Made by a program: the position numbers and the translations under genes. Below are positions 43,459 to 53,990 of a stretch of 64,000 nt of DNA, one piece after another; position 1 is the stretch's first letter; every line of letters starts with the position of its first letter. The DNA is from an uncultured Methanomicrobiaceae archaeon. GTDB taxonomy: Archaea; Halobacteriota; Methanomicrobia; Methanomicrobiales; Methanoculleaceae. The notes beneath the pieces are model-generated. The model ran no database searches. It had not been told where the DNA came from and saw only the letters and a list, made by a program, of their open reading frames with translations. The DNA is taken from positions 1,568,001 to 1,632,000 of the forward strand of contig CAWGXH010000004.1 of NCBI GenBank assembly GCA_963826525.1, read 5' to 3'.

Positions 43459-43692
43459 GGCCTGGGCCTTCGCGTAGGGAACGGCAGGAGATGAAGGTTT
43501 GCTTCACCTCTCTGCATCCCTTCCCGCACCGCCGTATTCGGGTATCATCGATGATGGAGATCAGATCGGCGTTCATCGATGCAGGCATCGCGTTCCCGGC
43601 TGAAACCAGGCCGCGCCGTCAAGATCGGGGTGTAAAAAAAGGTCGGGTGGCCCTTCCGGGAGGCGGGGTCTCCCGTCTGACAGCTCGGGCGT

Positions 43693-44106
43693 TCACGAGG
43701 TCGCGGGGATATCCCTGCTCTTCTGGCAGACTGCGTCGATGACACCGTTCTGCACATTGTAAAAACTATGGGAGGCGTCGATCTCACAGTCGAGTTCGAT
43801 CACTGTCTCTTCGTCGCCTCCCGTGCAGAGTGTCACCGAGTCGCTCTGGAACGTCACGTAAGGGGCGCTCAAAGCGCGTGCATCCACCTCGGCGGTGATG
43901 TAGATGCAGTCCTCGCCTTCGATCACTTCGACGTCGGTCTCATCTCTATCTGCGTCGTCGAGATCGAAGGGCGCCGGCATTCCGCCGGGGCCGGCGATGA
44001 TGGTGAACCCTATCATTCGCGGATCCCCTGTGGGGAGATCGTTCAGGAGCCGCTCCATCAGTCGTGCAATATTGCGGAACATTTCGTCATATGGATTATT
44101 TGCCAT
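43693..44106 (-). CDS. Small heat-shock (Hsp20-like) protein
   Basis: YDEMFRNIARLME...GFTII...DVEVIEGEDCIYITAE...NGVID; follows the heat-shock regulator. Confidence 0.6.
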   Translation of the reverse strand: MANNPYDEMFRNIARLMERLLNDLPTGDPRMIGFTIIAGPGGMPAPFDLDDADRDETDVEVIEGEDCIYITAEVDARALSAPYVTFQSDSVTLCTGGDEETVIELDCEIDASHSFYNVQNGVIDAVCQKSRDIPATS

Positions 44107-44720
44107 GTGCACCACGTACCATGTACTCTGTGTCGGTTCGCTCAACAAGCCCCTTCTCGATGAGGCTCCGTAGTATTCTGGATAGCTCATCCGTGGACAG
44201 GTCGCTCAGTTCCTCAAGTTCCTCCAGGGTAAGGTTATAGTGAGAAAGCGCAAGGATGATATCGAGTTCTTTTTCACTTGCGAGGATCTCGCTCCCGGTT
44301 CTCATAATCTCATTGACCTTTGCCCCGATGTCCCGCTCAAGACCTTCGAGACTGCTGAGAAGATCATCGCGCGCCTGTATCAGCCGCCTGAAGAGGAGGA
44401 GGGATCCGATGAACTTTGCCGTCTGATCCTCATCTGATCGGGATAGCGTCACCCCGTCCTGCTTCTGCAGGTCTATGATGACATTGATGTTATGTGAGAG
44501 ATAGTAATACTTTCGTCTGCGTTCGTCCTGACAGGAGATGAGCAGCTGCTCCCGTTCCATCATCTGCAGGTGCTCAATTACCGCTTTCGGACTGAGTACC
44601 GAGCCTCTCGGATATCTCAGTCACAAAACACGGTTTCTGACGCAATAGTTCTATTATTCGTCTTCGATTCCGGTTTCCCAGGATATCCAGGAGACGGGAA
44701 ACCTCGCTGCTATCGAGCAT
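44096..44720 (-). CDS. ArsR-family winged-helix regulator (HSR1/Phr-like, COG1777); apparent +1 frameshift at ~44598
   Basis: Manual translation [40 protein letters not shown], then (shifted) [17 protein letters not shown]...RRKYYY. Confidence 0.85.
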
Positions 44721-44721
44721 C

Positions 44722-44736
44722 TTTACCTAATGTTAG
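44722..44736. promoter_or_regulatory. Putative autoregulatory operator TTTAC-N5-GTTAG of the heat-shock regulator
   Basis: Imperfect palindrome between a TATA box (tttatat on the minus strand, ~44745-44751) and the regulator ATG; resembles the CTAAC-N5-GTTAG site of Archaeoglobus HSR1. Confidence 0.6.
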
Positions 44737-44757
44737 TGGTGAAAATATAAAAAGAGA

Positions 44758-46224
44758 TCATTCAAAGAGGCGGTAGTTCGGTGCCTCATCGGTGATCATG
44801 ATATTGTGCGGGTGGCTCTCCCCGTAGCCTGCGGCGGTGATCCGGATGAACCTGCCGTTCCGCTTCAGATCCGGCACCGTCGCCGATCCGGTGTATCCCA
44901 TCGCGGACTTCAGCCCCCCGACCAGCTGGTAGATGACGTCGGAGACCCGCCCAACGTACGGCGTGACGCCCTCGACGCCTTCGGGGACAAACTTCGTCCG
45001 GCCGATATCCTTCTTCTGGAAGTACCGGTCGCTCGACTCGCCGCTGCTCATCACACCGAGGGAGCCCATGCCCCGGTACTGTTTGTACCGGCGTCCCTTG
45101 ATCGTGGTCACGCGCCCCGGCGCTTCGTCGGTGCCGGCAAAGAGACTCCCTGCCATGATGCTGTCGGCGCCTGCTGCGATCGCCTTTGCGATATCGCCGC
45201 TGAACCTGATGCCGCCGTCGGCTATCACCGGCACGTCCGCCGGGTGCGCGATCTCGGCGACGTTTGCTATCGCCGTGACCTGGGGAACACCGACACCGGC
45301 AACGATGCGGGTGGTGCAGATTGAACCCGGTCCGATACCGACCTTCAGGCCGTCGACCGTATCTGCGAGTGTTTCTGCGGCCTTCCGTGTTGCAATATTG
45401 CCTGCCACGACATCGGTCGAGACGCTCCCTTTGATGTTCTTGACCGCTTCGACGACCTTCATGTTGTGGCCGTGTGCACAGTCGACGACGAGGGCGTCGA
45501 CACCGCTCTCGGCGAGCAGCATGGCGCGGTTAAAGTCATGGGGTCCGACCGCTGCCGCGACCCGGAGCCTGCCGTTCGCGTCGCGGTTCGCGCGGGGGAA
45601 CTGGCGTTTCTCGAGGACGTCCCGCATGGTGATGATCCCGAGCAGGTTCCCGTCATCGTTGACGATCGGGAGGCGCTCGACCTTGTTCGCGTACATTATC
45701 TCGAGTGCCGAGTCCATCGTGATCTCCTCGGTCGCCGTGATCGGCTTCTTCGTCATGAAATCCGTAACCTTCGCAGCAGCGCTCCGCGGTAGAATTGCCC
45801 TGATATCGCGGCGGCTCACGATACCGATGATCCGCCCGTCCTCCATCACCGGGACACCGCCGATCCCGTACTGCCGCATCAGCAGCTCGACGTCGGCGAC
45901 CGTTGCGGTCGACCCGACCGTGAGCACCTCGCGCTCGATCAGATCTTCTGCCTGCTTGACGATCCTGACCTCTTCGACCTCCCGCTCCGGAGGCATATTC
46001 CGGTGGATGACCCCGATACCCCCCTCGCGTGCCATGGTGATCGCCATTCGCGCTTCGGTCACCGTATCCATTGCCGCACTTACGAGCGGGATGTTGAGAG
46101 GGATGTTCCGTGAGAATCTGGAGCGGACATCCGCCTCGTCTGGCTCGGTATACGACGCTGCAGGTTCGAGGAGCACATCGTCGAACGTAAATGTTGTTTC
46201 AAGCTTCATCTTTTCAAGGTACAT
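44758..46224 (-). CDS. guaB: IMP dehydrogenase with CBS pair
   Basis: TFDDVLL, SAAMDTVT, GIGPGSICTTR, ADGGI, YRGMGS, PEGVEG. Confidence 0.98.
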   Translation of the reverse strand: MYLEKMKLETTFTFDDVLLEPAASYTEPDEADVRSRFSRNIPLNIPLVSAAMDTVTEARMAITMAREGGIGVIHRNMPPEREVEEVRIVKQAEDLIEREVLTVGSTATVADVELLMRQYGIGGVPVMEDGRIIGIVSRRDIRAILPRSAAAKVTDFMTKKPITATEEITMDSALEIMYANKVERLPIVNDDGNLLGIITMRDVLEKRQFPRANRDANGRLRVAAAVGPHDFNRAMLLAESGVDALVVDCAHGHNMKVVEAVKNIKGSVSTDVVAGNIATRKAAETLADTVDGLKVGIGPGSICTTRIVAGVGVPQVTAIANVAEIAHPADVPVIADGGIRFSGDIAKAIAAGADSIMAGSLFAGTDEAPGRVTTIKGRRYKQYRGMGSLGVMSSGESSDRYFQKKDIGRTKFVPEGVEGVTPYVGRVSDVIYQLVGGLKSAMGYTGSATVPDLKRNGRFIRITAAGYGESHPHNIMITDEAPNYRLFE

Positions 46225-46227
46225 AAT

Positions 46228-46917
46228 TCACCCGATCATCTTCATCGCCTTATCGACGAGATCCGCCCTGATGGAATCGGAGCGGTCTCCACCGCAGACC
46301 ATTCCCCGGACACCGATGATATCCGGGTCTATGCGGTTTAAGGCATCGATATCTTCAAACTTCAGCGAACCGGCAAGAGCCGTCTTCAGTCCGAGGTCAC
46401 GGTTCTGCAGGGTAAATCGGGAGAGAGCCTCTTCGTCCATGAACGAAAAGGTGCTCTTTCCATCCTTGATACCGGTATCGACCATGGCGATATCCGCGCC
46501 GGCGTCCGCTACGAGCGAACTGATCGCGAACGGGGAGATGGTTCCCATGCGCTCGTAATCCGAGTACGCAGCAATAACAACGTACTTTTCGGGAAAATCA
46601 CCTTTCACTGCCGTGGTCACCGCATCGATGACCTCACGGGCACGTTCGAGTCCGTCAAACATCAGGCCAACTTTGATAAAATCAGCACCCGCACACGCGG
46701 CTCCATAGGCCGAGAGAGCCGCGGTCCCTGGTTTGTACTCATTGTCCCCGATCGCAGCACTGACAGGCTTATTCTCCGCTATCCGCTTGATCTCCCTGAT
46801 AACCCAGGGGAAGTTTGCACCCAGCGATCCTTCTGACGGCTTCTTAACGTCAATGATATCAGCGGAAAGGGAACTCTGTGCCTCCTCAATACTGCTAGGA
46901 CTGACGAGTAATTGCAT
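46228..46917 (-). CDS. mfnB: (5-formylfuran-3-yl)methyl phosphate synthase (methanofuran biosynthesis)
   Basis: LLVSP, DIIDVKKPSEGSLGANF, SAAIGD, DTGIKDG, ALAGSL, GVRGMVC. Confidence 0.92.
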   Translation of the reverse strand: MQLLVSPSSIEEAQSSLSADIIDVKKPSEGSLGANFPWVIREIKRIAENKPVSAAIGDNEYKPGTAALSAYGAACAGADFIKVGLMFDGLERAREVIDAVTTAVKGDFPEKYVVIAAYSDYERMGTISPFAISSLVADAGADIAMVDTGIKDGKSTFSFMDEEALSRFTLQNRDLGLKTALAGSLKFEDIDALNRIDPDIIGVRGMVCGGDRSDSIRADLVDKAMKMIG

Positions 46918-46961
46918 ATAAATTAATGATCCTGCATCCTAATAGTGATTACGTTGAGGAC

Positions 46962-47642
46962 ATGGAACTGATTCTCGCAGTTGATCTCGCAGGCGGTCTG
47001 GTCGTACACGGAAGAAAAGGGGAGCGGGAGAGCTACCGCCCGCTGACCTGGGGGCTTGCCCCTTCGGCAGAGCCGGTGGCGTACCTATCGCATCTCCGGC
47101 CGCGATTCCTCTATATCGCGGATCTTGACCGTATTCGGGGCGGACGGCCGCATGACGATCTGGTACGACAGTCTGCATCGCTCGTGGAACGCTGTTACCT
47201 CGACCGGGGGTGTCGGTCGCCTGCGGAATGCACCGAGCCCGATGGCGTGACGCCGGTCGTCGGCACGGAGACGGCCGCCCGCACCGTCGAAGGTCTGGCC
47301 GCATATCCAGGGGGGTTCCTGAGCGCGGACATCCGGGGCGGCCGTGTCATCCCGTGGGGCATCGAGCCTGCCGCTCTTCTCGAGCAGGTGAGTGCGATGC
47401 CGTTTGAGGGCTGTATCATCCTCAATATCGGTGCGGTCGGGACCGAGGAAGGTCTTTCGGAAGCGTGCCTGGAAGAGATGCGATCCCGCTATCCCGGCCG
47501 TCTCTTCTACGGGGGCGGTGTATCGGGGCCTGACGATATCTATCTGCTCGCGGATCTCGGATTCGACGGTGCCATCGTCGCCACTGCCGTCCACCGTGGA
47601 TCGATCCCGCTTGCCTGGATCCGGAGGGGGCATCCGTGCTGA
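46962..47642 (+). CDS. HisA/HisF-related TIM barrel protein (C1-cofactor-linked family)
   Basis: LAVDLAGGLVVHG...YRPL, LYIADLDRI, VGT, YGGGV, VATAVH. Confidence 0.82.
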   Translation: MELILAVDLAGGLVVHGRKGERESYRPLTWGLAPSAEPVAYLSHLRPRFLYIADLDRIRGGRPHDDLVRQSASLVERCYLDRGCRSPAECTEPDGVTPVVGTETAARTVEGLAAYPGGFLSADIRGGRVIPWGIEPAALLEQVSAMPFEGCIILNIGAVGTEEGLSEACLEEMRSRYPGRLFYGGGVSGPDDIYLLADLGFDGAIVATAVHRGSIPLAWIRRGHPC

Positions 47643-48253
47643 TCACCCTCGAGGGAATCGACGGCAGTGGAAAGAGCACTCTCCATGCCGCGCTCCGGGA
47701 GTCGCTTGCCGACCTCGATCCGATCTTCACCCGTGAGCCGGGCGCCACCTGGATCGGCGATGCTGTCCGGCGTGCGGTAGCGGAGCGGATGGATCCGATC
47801 GCCGAGGCGCTGCTCTTCGTTGCCGACCATGCGGCGCACCTCGATACCATCGTGAGACCTGCGCTCGCGGAGGGGCGCCTTGTCGTCTCGGACCGCTACT
47901 CCGACAGCCGGTTCGCCTACCAGCCGGTCGTCCTTGCGGATGCTCTTCCGGATCCGCTCTGCTGGCTCCGACAGATTCACGAAGGATGGTCGATCCGCCC
48001 CGACCGGACATTCCTCTTCGTGCTTCCGGTAGAAGCAGCACTAAACAGGGTCGGGACGAAAAAGATGCGCGAGTACTTCGAAGATGCGCGAATCCTGGAA
48101 GAGGTGCAGAAAAACTATCTGGACCTTGCCGCTGCCGATCCGTCGCGGTTTGTTCTGGTGGATGCTTTGGTCGAAAAAGAAGAGATCTGTCGGTTTGTAA
48201 GTGATGAGATCAGGCAGTGTGCCCGATCGTCACGATCACGTCCCCGACAGTGA
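47636..48253 (+). CDS. tmk: Thymidylate kinase
   Basis: [27 protein letters not shown]. Confidence 0.95.
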   Translation: MLITLEGIDGSGKSTLHAALRESLADLDPIFTREPGATWIGDAVRRAVAERMDPIAEALLFVADHAAHLDTIVRPALAEGRLVVSDRYSDSRFAYQPVVLADALPDPLCWLRQIHEGWSIRPDRTFLFVLPVEAALNRVGTKKMREYFEDARILEEVQKNYLDLAAADPSRFVLVDALVEKEEICRFVSDEIRQCARSSRSRPRQ

Positions 48254-50801
48254 GGACTTCCACATCTTCCCCTGCTACCCGGTAAGTCACCTTCGGGGTG
48301 AAGGCATTCTGGGGCACGGGTATCTCCTCTCCGTTGACGAGAATGGTCGCCGGAGGATTGACGAGCTGCTCCGGCGACAGTGTCCGCACCGCATCCATGA
48401 ACGCTTTTGCCTGTTTTCGGAGTGCCGGGCCGATGACCGCCATATTGAACTCGACATCGCTGATGACCTCTTCGAGGTTCGGCGTCTCGGTGCTCCAGTG
48501 CAAGTCGGCGTTCAATGCCCGTCCTGCATCTCCGGCGTCCTCGATCGGCTCTGCAGTATAGATCGTCACATGCCCGAGCGGCGCATTCAGTGCCATGCCT
48601 GCATCGTGCTTGTACCGCCGGAGTTCCGCCACCATCCCCACAACGAGGTCGCCCTCTCTTCGGGCTGCATCGTCAAAGTACGCAACCTCCGGCCATGAAG
48701 TGCCGTGCACGCTCGTTCCGGCAAGATGGGAGTAGCACTCCTCCGCAAAGTGCGGGATTATGGGAGCGAGCATGCGGCAGACAGCGTCCATCGTTGTTCT
48801 GAGTGCGGATACGGCGCTTGCTCTGCCGAGATCATCTGCATAGAGACGTCCTTTGACGAGCTCGATATAATCGTCGGCGACGGTGTTCCAGGCGAACTCG
48901 CGAACTGCCCGGAGCGCCCGGTCGAACTGGTAACCGTCCATCGCCGCAGTAACCTCGGCAACGGTCTCCGAGAGGCGAACGAGCAGCCAGCGGTCGGCGA
49001 GCTCGGTGACCGGTGCCGCCTCTCCCTCCTCTCCGCCGATATGTCCGAGGACGAACCGGAAGATGTTCCAGAGTTTTGTCTGGAAACGAGACGCGGCGAC
49101 GACGTCGTTCCAGTTGAACATGATATCGGATCCGGTCGCCGCACCGCCGGCCCCCCACTGTCGGAGAGCGTCGGCGCCGTACTGGCTCACAATCTCCTCC
49201 GGGGGGATGATGTTGTTCCTGCTCTTGCTCATCTTGAACCCGTCCTCGCCGAGCACCATGCCGTTGACAAGGATCTCGTCCCAGGGGTAACTGCCGACGA
49301 GGGCCTTTGCGCGAAGGATCGTATAGAACGCCCATGTCCTGATGATATCGTGACCCTGGGGGCGGATCTGGGCAGGGAAGAGGGCAGGAGCGCCGCTTCC
49401 GTCCCACCCGGTGATGTTCAGCACCGAGATCGAGGAGTCCATCCAGGTATCGAGGACATCCTCTTCGCCTTCAAACTCCGCACCCCCGCACTGCGGGCAG
49501 GGCTCTTTCGGTCTGTCGACAGTAGGATCTATCGGCAGGCTCTCTTCGGACGGGAGGATCATCTCGCCGCAGGAGCGGCAGAACCAGACCGGGATAGGGG
49601 TTGCGAAGATCCGCTGCCGGGAGATGCACCAGTCCCACTCCATCTGCTCTGCCCAGTTCTCCATCCTCGTGAACATATGTTCGGGCGTCCAGCGAATCTT
49701 CCGTGCAGCCTCGAGGATCTCGTCCTGGTGGATCTTCACGAACCACTGCCGCTCGGAGAGGATCTCTATCGGTGTCTTGCACCGCCAGCAGGTGCCCACA
49801 CGCTGCTCGAGTTCTTCCTGCCGGATCAGAATCCCCGACTCCTTCATGTCGGCAAGGATCCGCTCTCGGCACTCGGCGGCGTTTAAGCCCGCATATGCTC
49901 CGGCGGTATCGGTCATGATCCCCTGGCGGTCGATGGCCTTCCGAAGGTCGAGGTTGTGCTGTTTCCACCAGTGTACGTCCGTCTTGTCGCCGAAGGTGCA
50001 GATCATCACCGCACCGCTCCCGAACCCGGGGTCGACGGCGACGTCTTCGATGACCGGGACGGCATGCCCGAAGAAGGGCACGTTCAGTCTCCTGCCCTTC
50101 AGTCCGCCGTACCGCTTATCGTCGGGGTGAACCGCTACCGCCACGCATGCGGCGAGCAGTTCCGGGCGGGTGGTTGCGATCTCGACACCGTCAAAGTCGA
50201 AGTAGTTGAGTTTCGTCCTGCGCGGCTCGTATGAAACCTCCGCAAAGGCGATCGCCGTCTCACAGCGCGTGCAGAAGTTCACCGGATGCTCGCTCTGGTA
50301 GATATCGCCAGCCTTGATCATCTGGAGAAATGAACGCTGCGTTTTGCCGAAGTACTCCGGCATCATGGTGATATATTCGTGGCTCCAGTCGATGGAGAAG
50401 CCGAGCCGGCGCATGGTGGTGCGCATCTTTGCGATGTTGCCGAGCGTCAGGTCACGGCACATGGTGCGGAACTCTTCCCGGGGAACGTCGTTTTTGGTGA
50501 TGCCGTGCGTCTCCTCCACCTTCACCTCGGTCGGCAGGCCGTGGCAGTCCCATCCCTGGGGGAACATGACGTTGAACCCCTGCATCCGCTTGTAGCGGGC
50601 GATAAAGTCGATATAACACCAGTTGAGCGCGTTTCCGATGTGGAAGTTGCCGGTGGGGTACGGGGGTGGCGTATCGATGATGAAGCGCGGTTTTGAAGAG
50701 TCGGGATTGAAATAATTCTCCTCGTCCCGCCAGGTACTCTGCCAGCGGGTCTCCACCTCACCACATTCATACTGTTTGGGTATTTGATCTGACGGCGACA
50801 T
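48210..50801 (-). CDS. valS: Valine--tRNA ligase
   Basis: [42 protein letters not shown]. Confidence 0.97.
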   Translation of the reverse strand: MSPSDQIPKQYECGEVETRWQSTWRDEENYFNPDSSKPRFIIDTPPPYPTGNFHIGNALNWCYIDFIARYKRMQGFNVMFPQGWDCHGLPTEVKVEETHGITKNDVPREEFRTMCRDLTLGNIAKMRTTMRRLGFSIDWSHEYITMMPEYFGKTQRSFLQMIKAGDIYQSEHPVNFCTRCETAIAFAEVSYEPRRTKLNYFDFDGVEIATTRPELLAACVAVAVHPDDKRYGGLKGRRLNVPFFGHAVPVIEDVAVDPGFGSGAVMICTFGDKTDVHWWKQHNLDLRKAIDRQGIMTDTAGAYAGLNAAECRERILADMKESGILIRQEELEQRVGTCWRCKTPIEILSERQWFVKIHQDEILEAARKIRWTPEHMFTRMENWAEQMEWDWCISRQRIFATPIPVWFCRSCGEMILPSEESLPIDPTVDRPKEPCPQCGGAEFEGEEDVLDTWMDSSISVLNITGWDGSGAPALFPAQIRPQGHDIIRTWAFYTILRAKALVGSYPWDEILVNGMVLGEDGFKMSKSRNNIIPPEEIVSQYGADALRQWGAGGAATGSDIMFNWNDVVAASRFQTKLWNIFRFVLGHIGGEEGEAAPVTELADRWLLVRLSETVAEVTAAMDGYQFDRALRAVREFAWNTVADDYIELVKGRLYADDLGRASAVSALRTTMDAVCRMLAPIIPHFAEECYSHLAGTSVHGTSWPEVAYFDDAARREGDLVVGMVAELRRYKHDAGMALNAPLGHVTIYTAEPIEDAGDAGRALNADLHWSTETPNLEEVISDVEFNMAVIGPALRKQAKAFMDAVRTLSPEQLVNPPATILVNGEEIPVPQNAFTPKVTYRVAGEDVEVLTVGDVIVTIGHTA

Positions 50802-50988
50802 ATTCAGCTCTTCTATTTCTCTCTCTGCAACGAAATATAGTGATCGAAGCTCGGCCTTTCGGGAGCGGTCGTCTCTCAGAGTTCGGTGCAAAAACAGGCG
50901 TTATCAATGCACGTTTTCCCGGTGAAGCCGCGGCGTGGAAGGTCACGAAGGCTAAAGGCTTTTTCGTACAAGCACCAAACGTACATGA

Positions 50989-52184
50989 ATGACAAAGTTG
51001 CTGGGGCTCATGCTGGCATCGATACTCACGTTCGCATGTATTGCGCTCGCCCCGCTGCTCCAGCCAAACTGGCTGCTCTCCGTGCTTATCATCCCCTTCT
51101 CGCTCGTCCTCTTCCTGATCCATGACACGAAATACGCCTCGATCTCGCTCATTGCTCTTGCGGTTCTCTACGGACTCGGGTGGCTGTCTCTCTTCGTTTT
51201 TGCAAGTACTCTTGCGATCGTCGTCTTCGGCGAGCTGGCGTTCCGGGCAGGCGGCGAGGGTAAACGGTCGTACCTCTATCATATCGTGGCGGCGACGGCG
51301 GCATCGCTGCCGGTCATGGTCTACCTCGACCATCTCACGCCGCTTATCGTTCTGATGGGCGTCGTTGTCGCGGCGCTCCTCGATCCGCCCTCCGGGAACG
51401 CGACGACGCGCTGATGATCGAGGCGCTCGGCGTCGCGATGACGATGTCGCTCTTCAAGGAGATCGGCTTTCAGGTCGATATTACGTTCCTTCTCGTTGCG
51501 GCTATCATCGCGTTCGGTTTCGGCTACTCGTCCTACCGCCTCCGCGTCGCGGATATCAGCGGTCTCTTCTCCGGTGCCCTGATCGGTATCATCCTGATCG
51601 TCTTCGCCGACGTCCGCTGGTTCCTGATCATGCTCACGTTCTTCATTATCGGAGCAGCGGCAACGCGCTACAAATACGACTACAAGGCATCGATAGGGGT
51701 AGCCGAATCCCACGGCGGCGTTCGCGGATACTTCAATGTCTTCGCGAACGGTCTTGTGGCAACAGGTGCCGCCGTACTCTACGGTGTCACCGGCGATCCT
51801 GTATTCATCGCGCTGTTTCTTGGAAGTGTTGCATCGGCAGCGGCCGATACGGCTGCAAGCGAGATCGGCATGACCGGCAGCGTACCCTACCTGATCACAA
51901 CGTTAAAGTCGGTTCCTCGGGGGACGAACGGAGGAGTAACCATCAGGGGAGAGGTCGTCGCAGTCGCGGCTGCCGCAGTCGTTGCAGCGGCTGCATACGC
52001 CATGGGAGTCGCCGATATCCCGCTGATGATCGTCACGGTTATTGCCGGCTTTGTCGGGACGAACGTCGACAGTCTTGTCGGCGCCACGCTTGAGAACCGG
52101 GGAACGTTCGGGAACTCGGGGACAAATCTCACCGCCACGTTCTCCGGCGGTGTCGCTGCGATGGGACTGTTTCTTCTCTTCTGA
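50989..52184 (+). CDS. TIGR00297/DUF92 membrane protein; apparent -1 frameshift at ~51382
   Basis: C-part GGVRGYFNVFANG, ADTAASEIG, GTNGGVT, DSLVGATLE; N-part is the hydrophobic ORF 50989..51414. Confidence 0.85.
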
Positions 52185-52203
52185 TTCGCAGTAAAAAAAG
52201 ATT

Positions 52204-53037
52204 TTAATATTTATACCAGCGCCCTTTCTCGTCGTACTCGCCCTGCTCTATGGTCACGACTCCTGCCGCACGCCGGCGGAAGAGGCACGCTTTGTAAGCA
52301 TAGAGGATGCTCGTCGCAAGAGTGATCACCAGGGCATAGACGAATGCCGTGATCCAGATGCCTTCTGTCCCGAGCATGGAGAGGATATCCTGCGGCATCA
52401 GCGTCTGAAGATCGGTGGTGTTCATCTGCGTCAGCGGTTCGATCTGTGGAGCGAGGAGTATCGTCCAGATGAACAGGCCGAGGAACCCGAGGATAAGCAG
52501 GATCCCTATGTTGATAACATAGAAGAGGATCACGCTGCCCGACGAACCAAGGACGAACTCGATGCTCCTCCGGATTGAGTCGAGCACCTTCCGGTCTTCA
52601 AAGACGGCTGCCGTGTCGTAAAAGAACGTGAAGAAGACGAACGGCACGAAGATTCCGAACATCATGAAGGCGGCGAGCTCGCTCTCTGCGCCAAGACCAA
52701 TGAGGGTGATGGGAACCGCCAGCAGCAGCGCGGTGAAGAGTGCCGCAAAGAAGACGACCAGCGCCGGAAGCAGTATCCGGAAGTAATAGGTCTTTGCTGC
52801 GGTGAAAAAGGACGCGGGGGTGTAATCTCCCGTCTTGATGGCGCCGTACACTCCTCCTGCCAGAAACGGAAGGGTGACGACCTGGAATAGTGCCAGGGGC
52901 TCTGCATAGAAACTGCCACCGTAGACTGGAAGGATGACGTCGAGAACTGCGAACGCTCCCATCACGAGGCCGATAGACCAGAGGATCGGCTGCCGGCGCA
53001 GAAGCCCGGCAGCCTCGGTGAATGACTCGAGAACCAT
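52204..53037 (-). CDS. Conserved multi-pass membrane protein
   Basis: About 6 TM segments; FFYDTAAVFEDRKVLDSIRRS; C-terminal GEYDEKGRWYKY. Confidence 0.75.
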   Translation of the reverse strand: MVLESFTEAAGLLRRQPILWSIGLVMGAFAVLDVILPVYGGSFYAEPLALFQVVTLPFLAGGVYGAIKTGDYTPASFFTAAKTYYFRILLPALVVFFAALFTALLLAVPITLIGLGAESELAAFMMFGIFVPFVFFTFFYDTAAVFEDRKVLDSIRRSIEFVLGSSGSVILFYVINIGILLILGFLGLFIWTILLAPQIEPLTQMNTTDLQTLMPQDILSMLGTEGIWITAFVYALVITLATSILYAYKACLFRRRAAGVVTIEQGEYDEKGRWYKY

Positions 53038-53043
53038 GGTGAA

Positions 53044-53634
53044 TCAGCGATCTCTCGGCATGGCGACGATCTCGCGAACCTGCAGGTCGAAGAACGCGGC
53101 GGTGTGTGCAGGACGGATGACGCAGACGGTGTCGGCTCCGCTCATGGTACCTCCGACGGCGATGACCTCCTCGTCGATCCGTACCTTACCCTGATCGGCC
53201 GCGATGAGCACGCACTCGACGGCGACCTTCAGCCCGACGGCGATCGTGCGCCGGAGTGCCTCTGCGATCGCTTCGGTCCGGGAGCTGCCGCCGAGCTTCG
53301 GGGAGCGCGAGATCGCCCGCTCGAGACCCGATAGTGGGTGGGTGCCGGTGACGATGGTCGCGCCGCTCGTCAGGAGATCTTCTGCCGCACCGGACGAGAA
53401 CTCCCACTCACCCGGCTTTGAGAAGCCGACGACGTGAGTGACGACGATAAGTTCGAGATCGGTGCCCTCCATCGCTTTTTGAAAGACCTGCGCCGTCCCT
53501 CCCGAGGAGCTGGCGACGACAACCCTCGACAGGCCGAGTTCCAGGGCTCGCTCTACGGCAAATCGGGCTGCATCTCCGGTGTTATGAGTGCCCGGGGTGT
53601 CGAAATAGTGAATATTCTTCGTTGTAAAGCCCAT
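53044..53634 (-). CDS. Pyruvate-kinase C-terminal-like alpha/beta protein (COG1751)
   Basis: YFDTPG..NT, VVASSSGGTA, VTHVVGF, GLKVAVECVLIAAD, GGTMSGADT. Confidence 0.8.
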   Translation of the reverse strand: MGFTTKNIHYFDTPGTHNTGDAARFAVERALELGLSRVVVASSSGGTAQVFQKAMEGTDLELIVVTHVVGFSKPGEWEFSSGAAEDLLTSGATIVTGTHPLSGLERAISRSPKLGGSSRTEAIAEALRRTIAVGLKVAVECVLIAADQGKVRIDEEVIAVGGTMSGADTVCVIRPAHTAAFFDLQVREIVAMPRDR

Positions 53635-53990
53635 GCTATCAAATTTGTCCGCACTACTACTATAATCTCCCTGTTTTCATGAATGGTAGGCCGCCCGGCG
53701 GTTTCGGTTCCGCCGCTCCGGGGGCGGGGGCGAGCGTATCCCCGCGGTTTTGAGTCCCAACCGCTTTCTCATCGTTCTTCTCTTGCGTCGGTCGTACCGC
53801 CGGTGGAAAGCACGGTGAAAAGACAGAGGTGAACTACCCCGCGCCTATTGCCCGGGGCTTCCCGCTCCGCCACCCCGAACACCCCCGCAAGATAAATGGG
53901 GTATTACCGAACACTATATACGATACGCGGCACTGCGGGACAAATTCTCTATCGCTCTCGCCCGCAGGTGTGGCCGCGGGGAGTCTTTTG

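Noticed and set aside
17940-43700. Integrated provirus/ICE at tRNA-Asp
   Set aside because: No integrase, transposase, capsid or conjugation genes, and no duplicated tRNA 3' end was seen by eye.
44933-46558. Long antisense ORFs (e.g. 541 aa opposite guaB; also opposite valS, hisS, top6B)
   Set aside because: Shadow ORFs expected from GC-rich codon usage, with no recognisable motifs.
53640-53990. GC-rich intergenic region as SRP RNA or RNase P RNA
   Set aside because: I could not find the SRP helix-8 motif or the RNase P P4 consensus on either strand.
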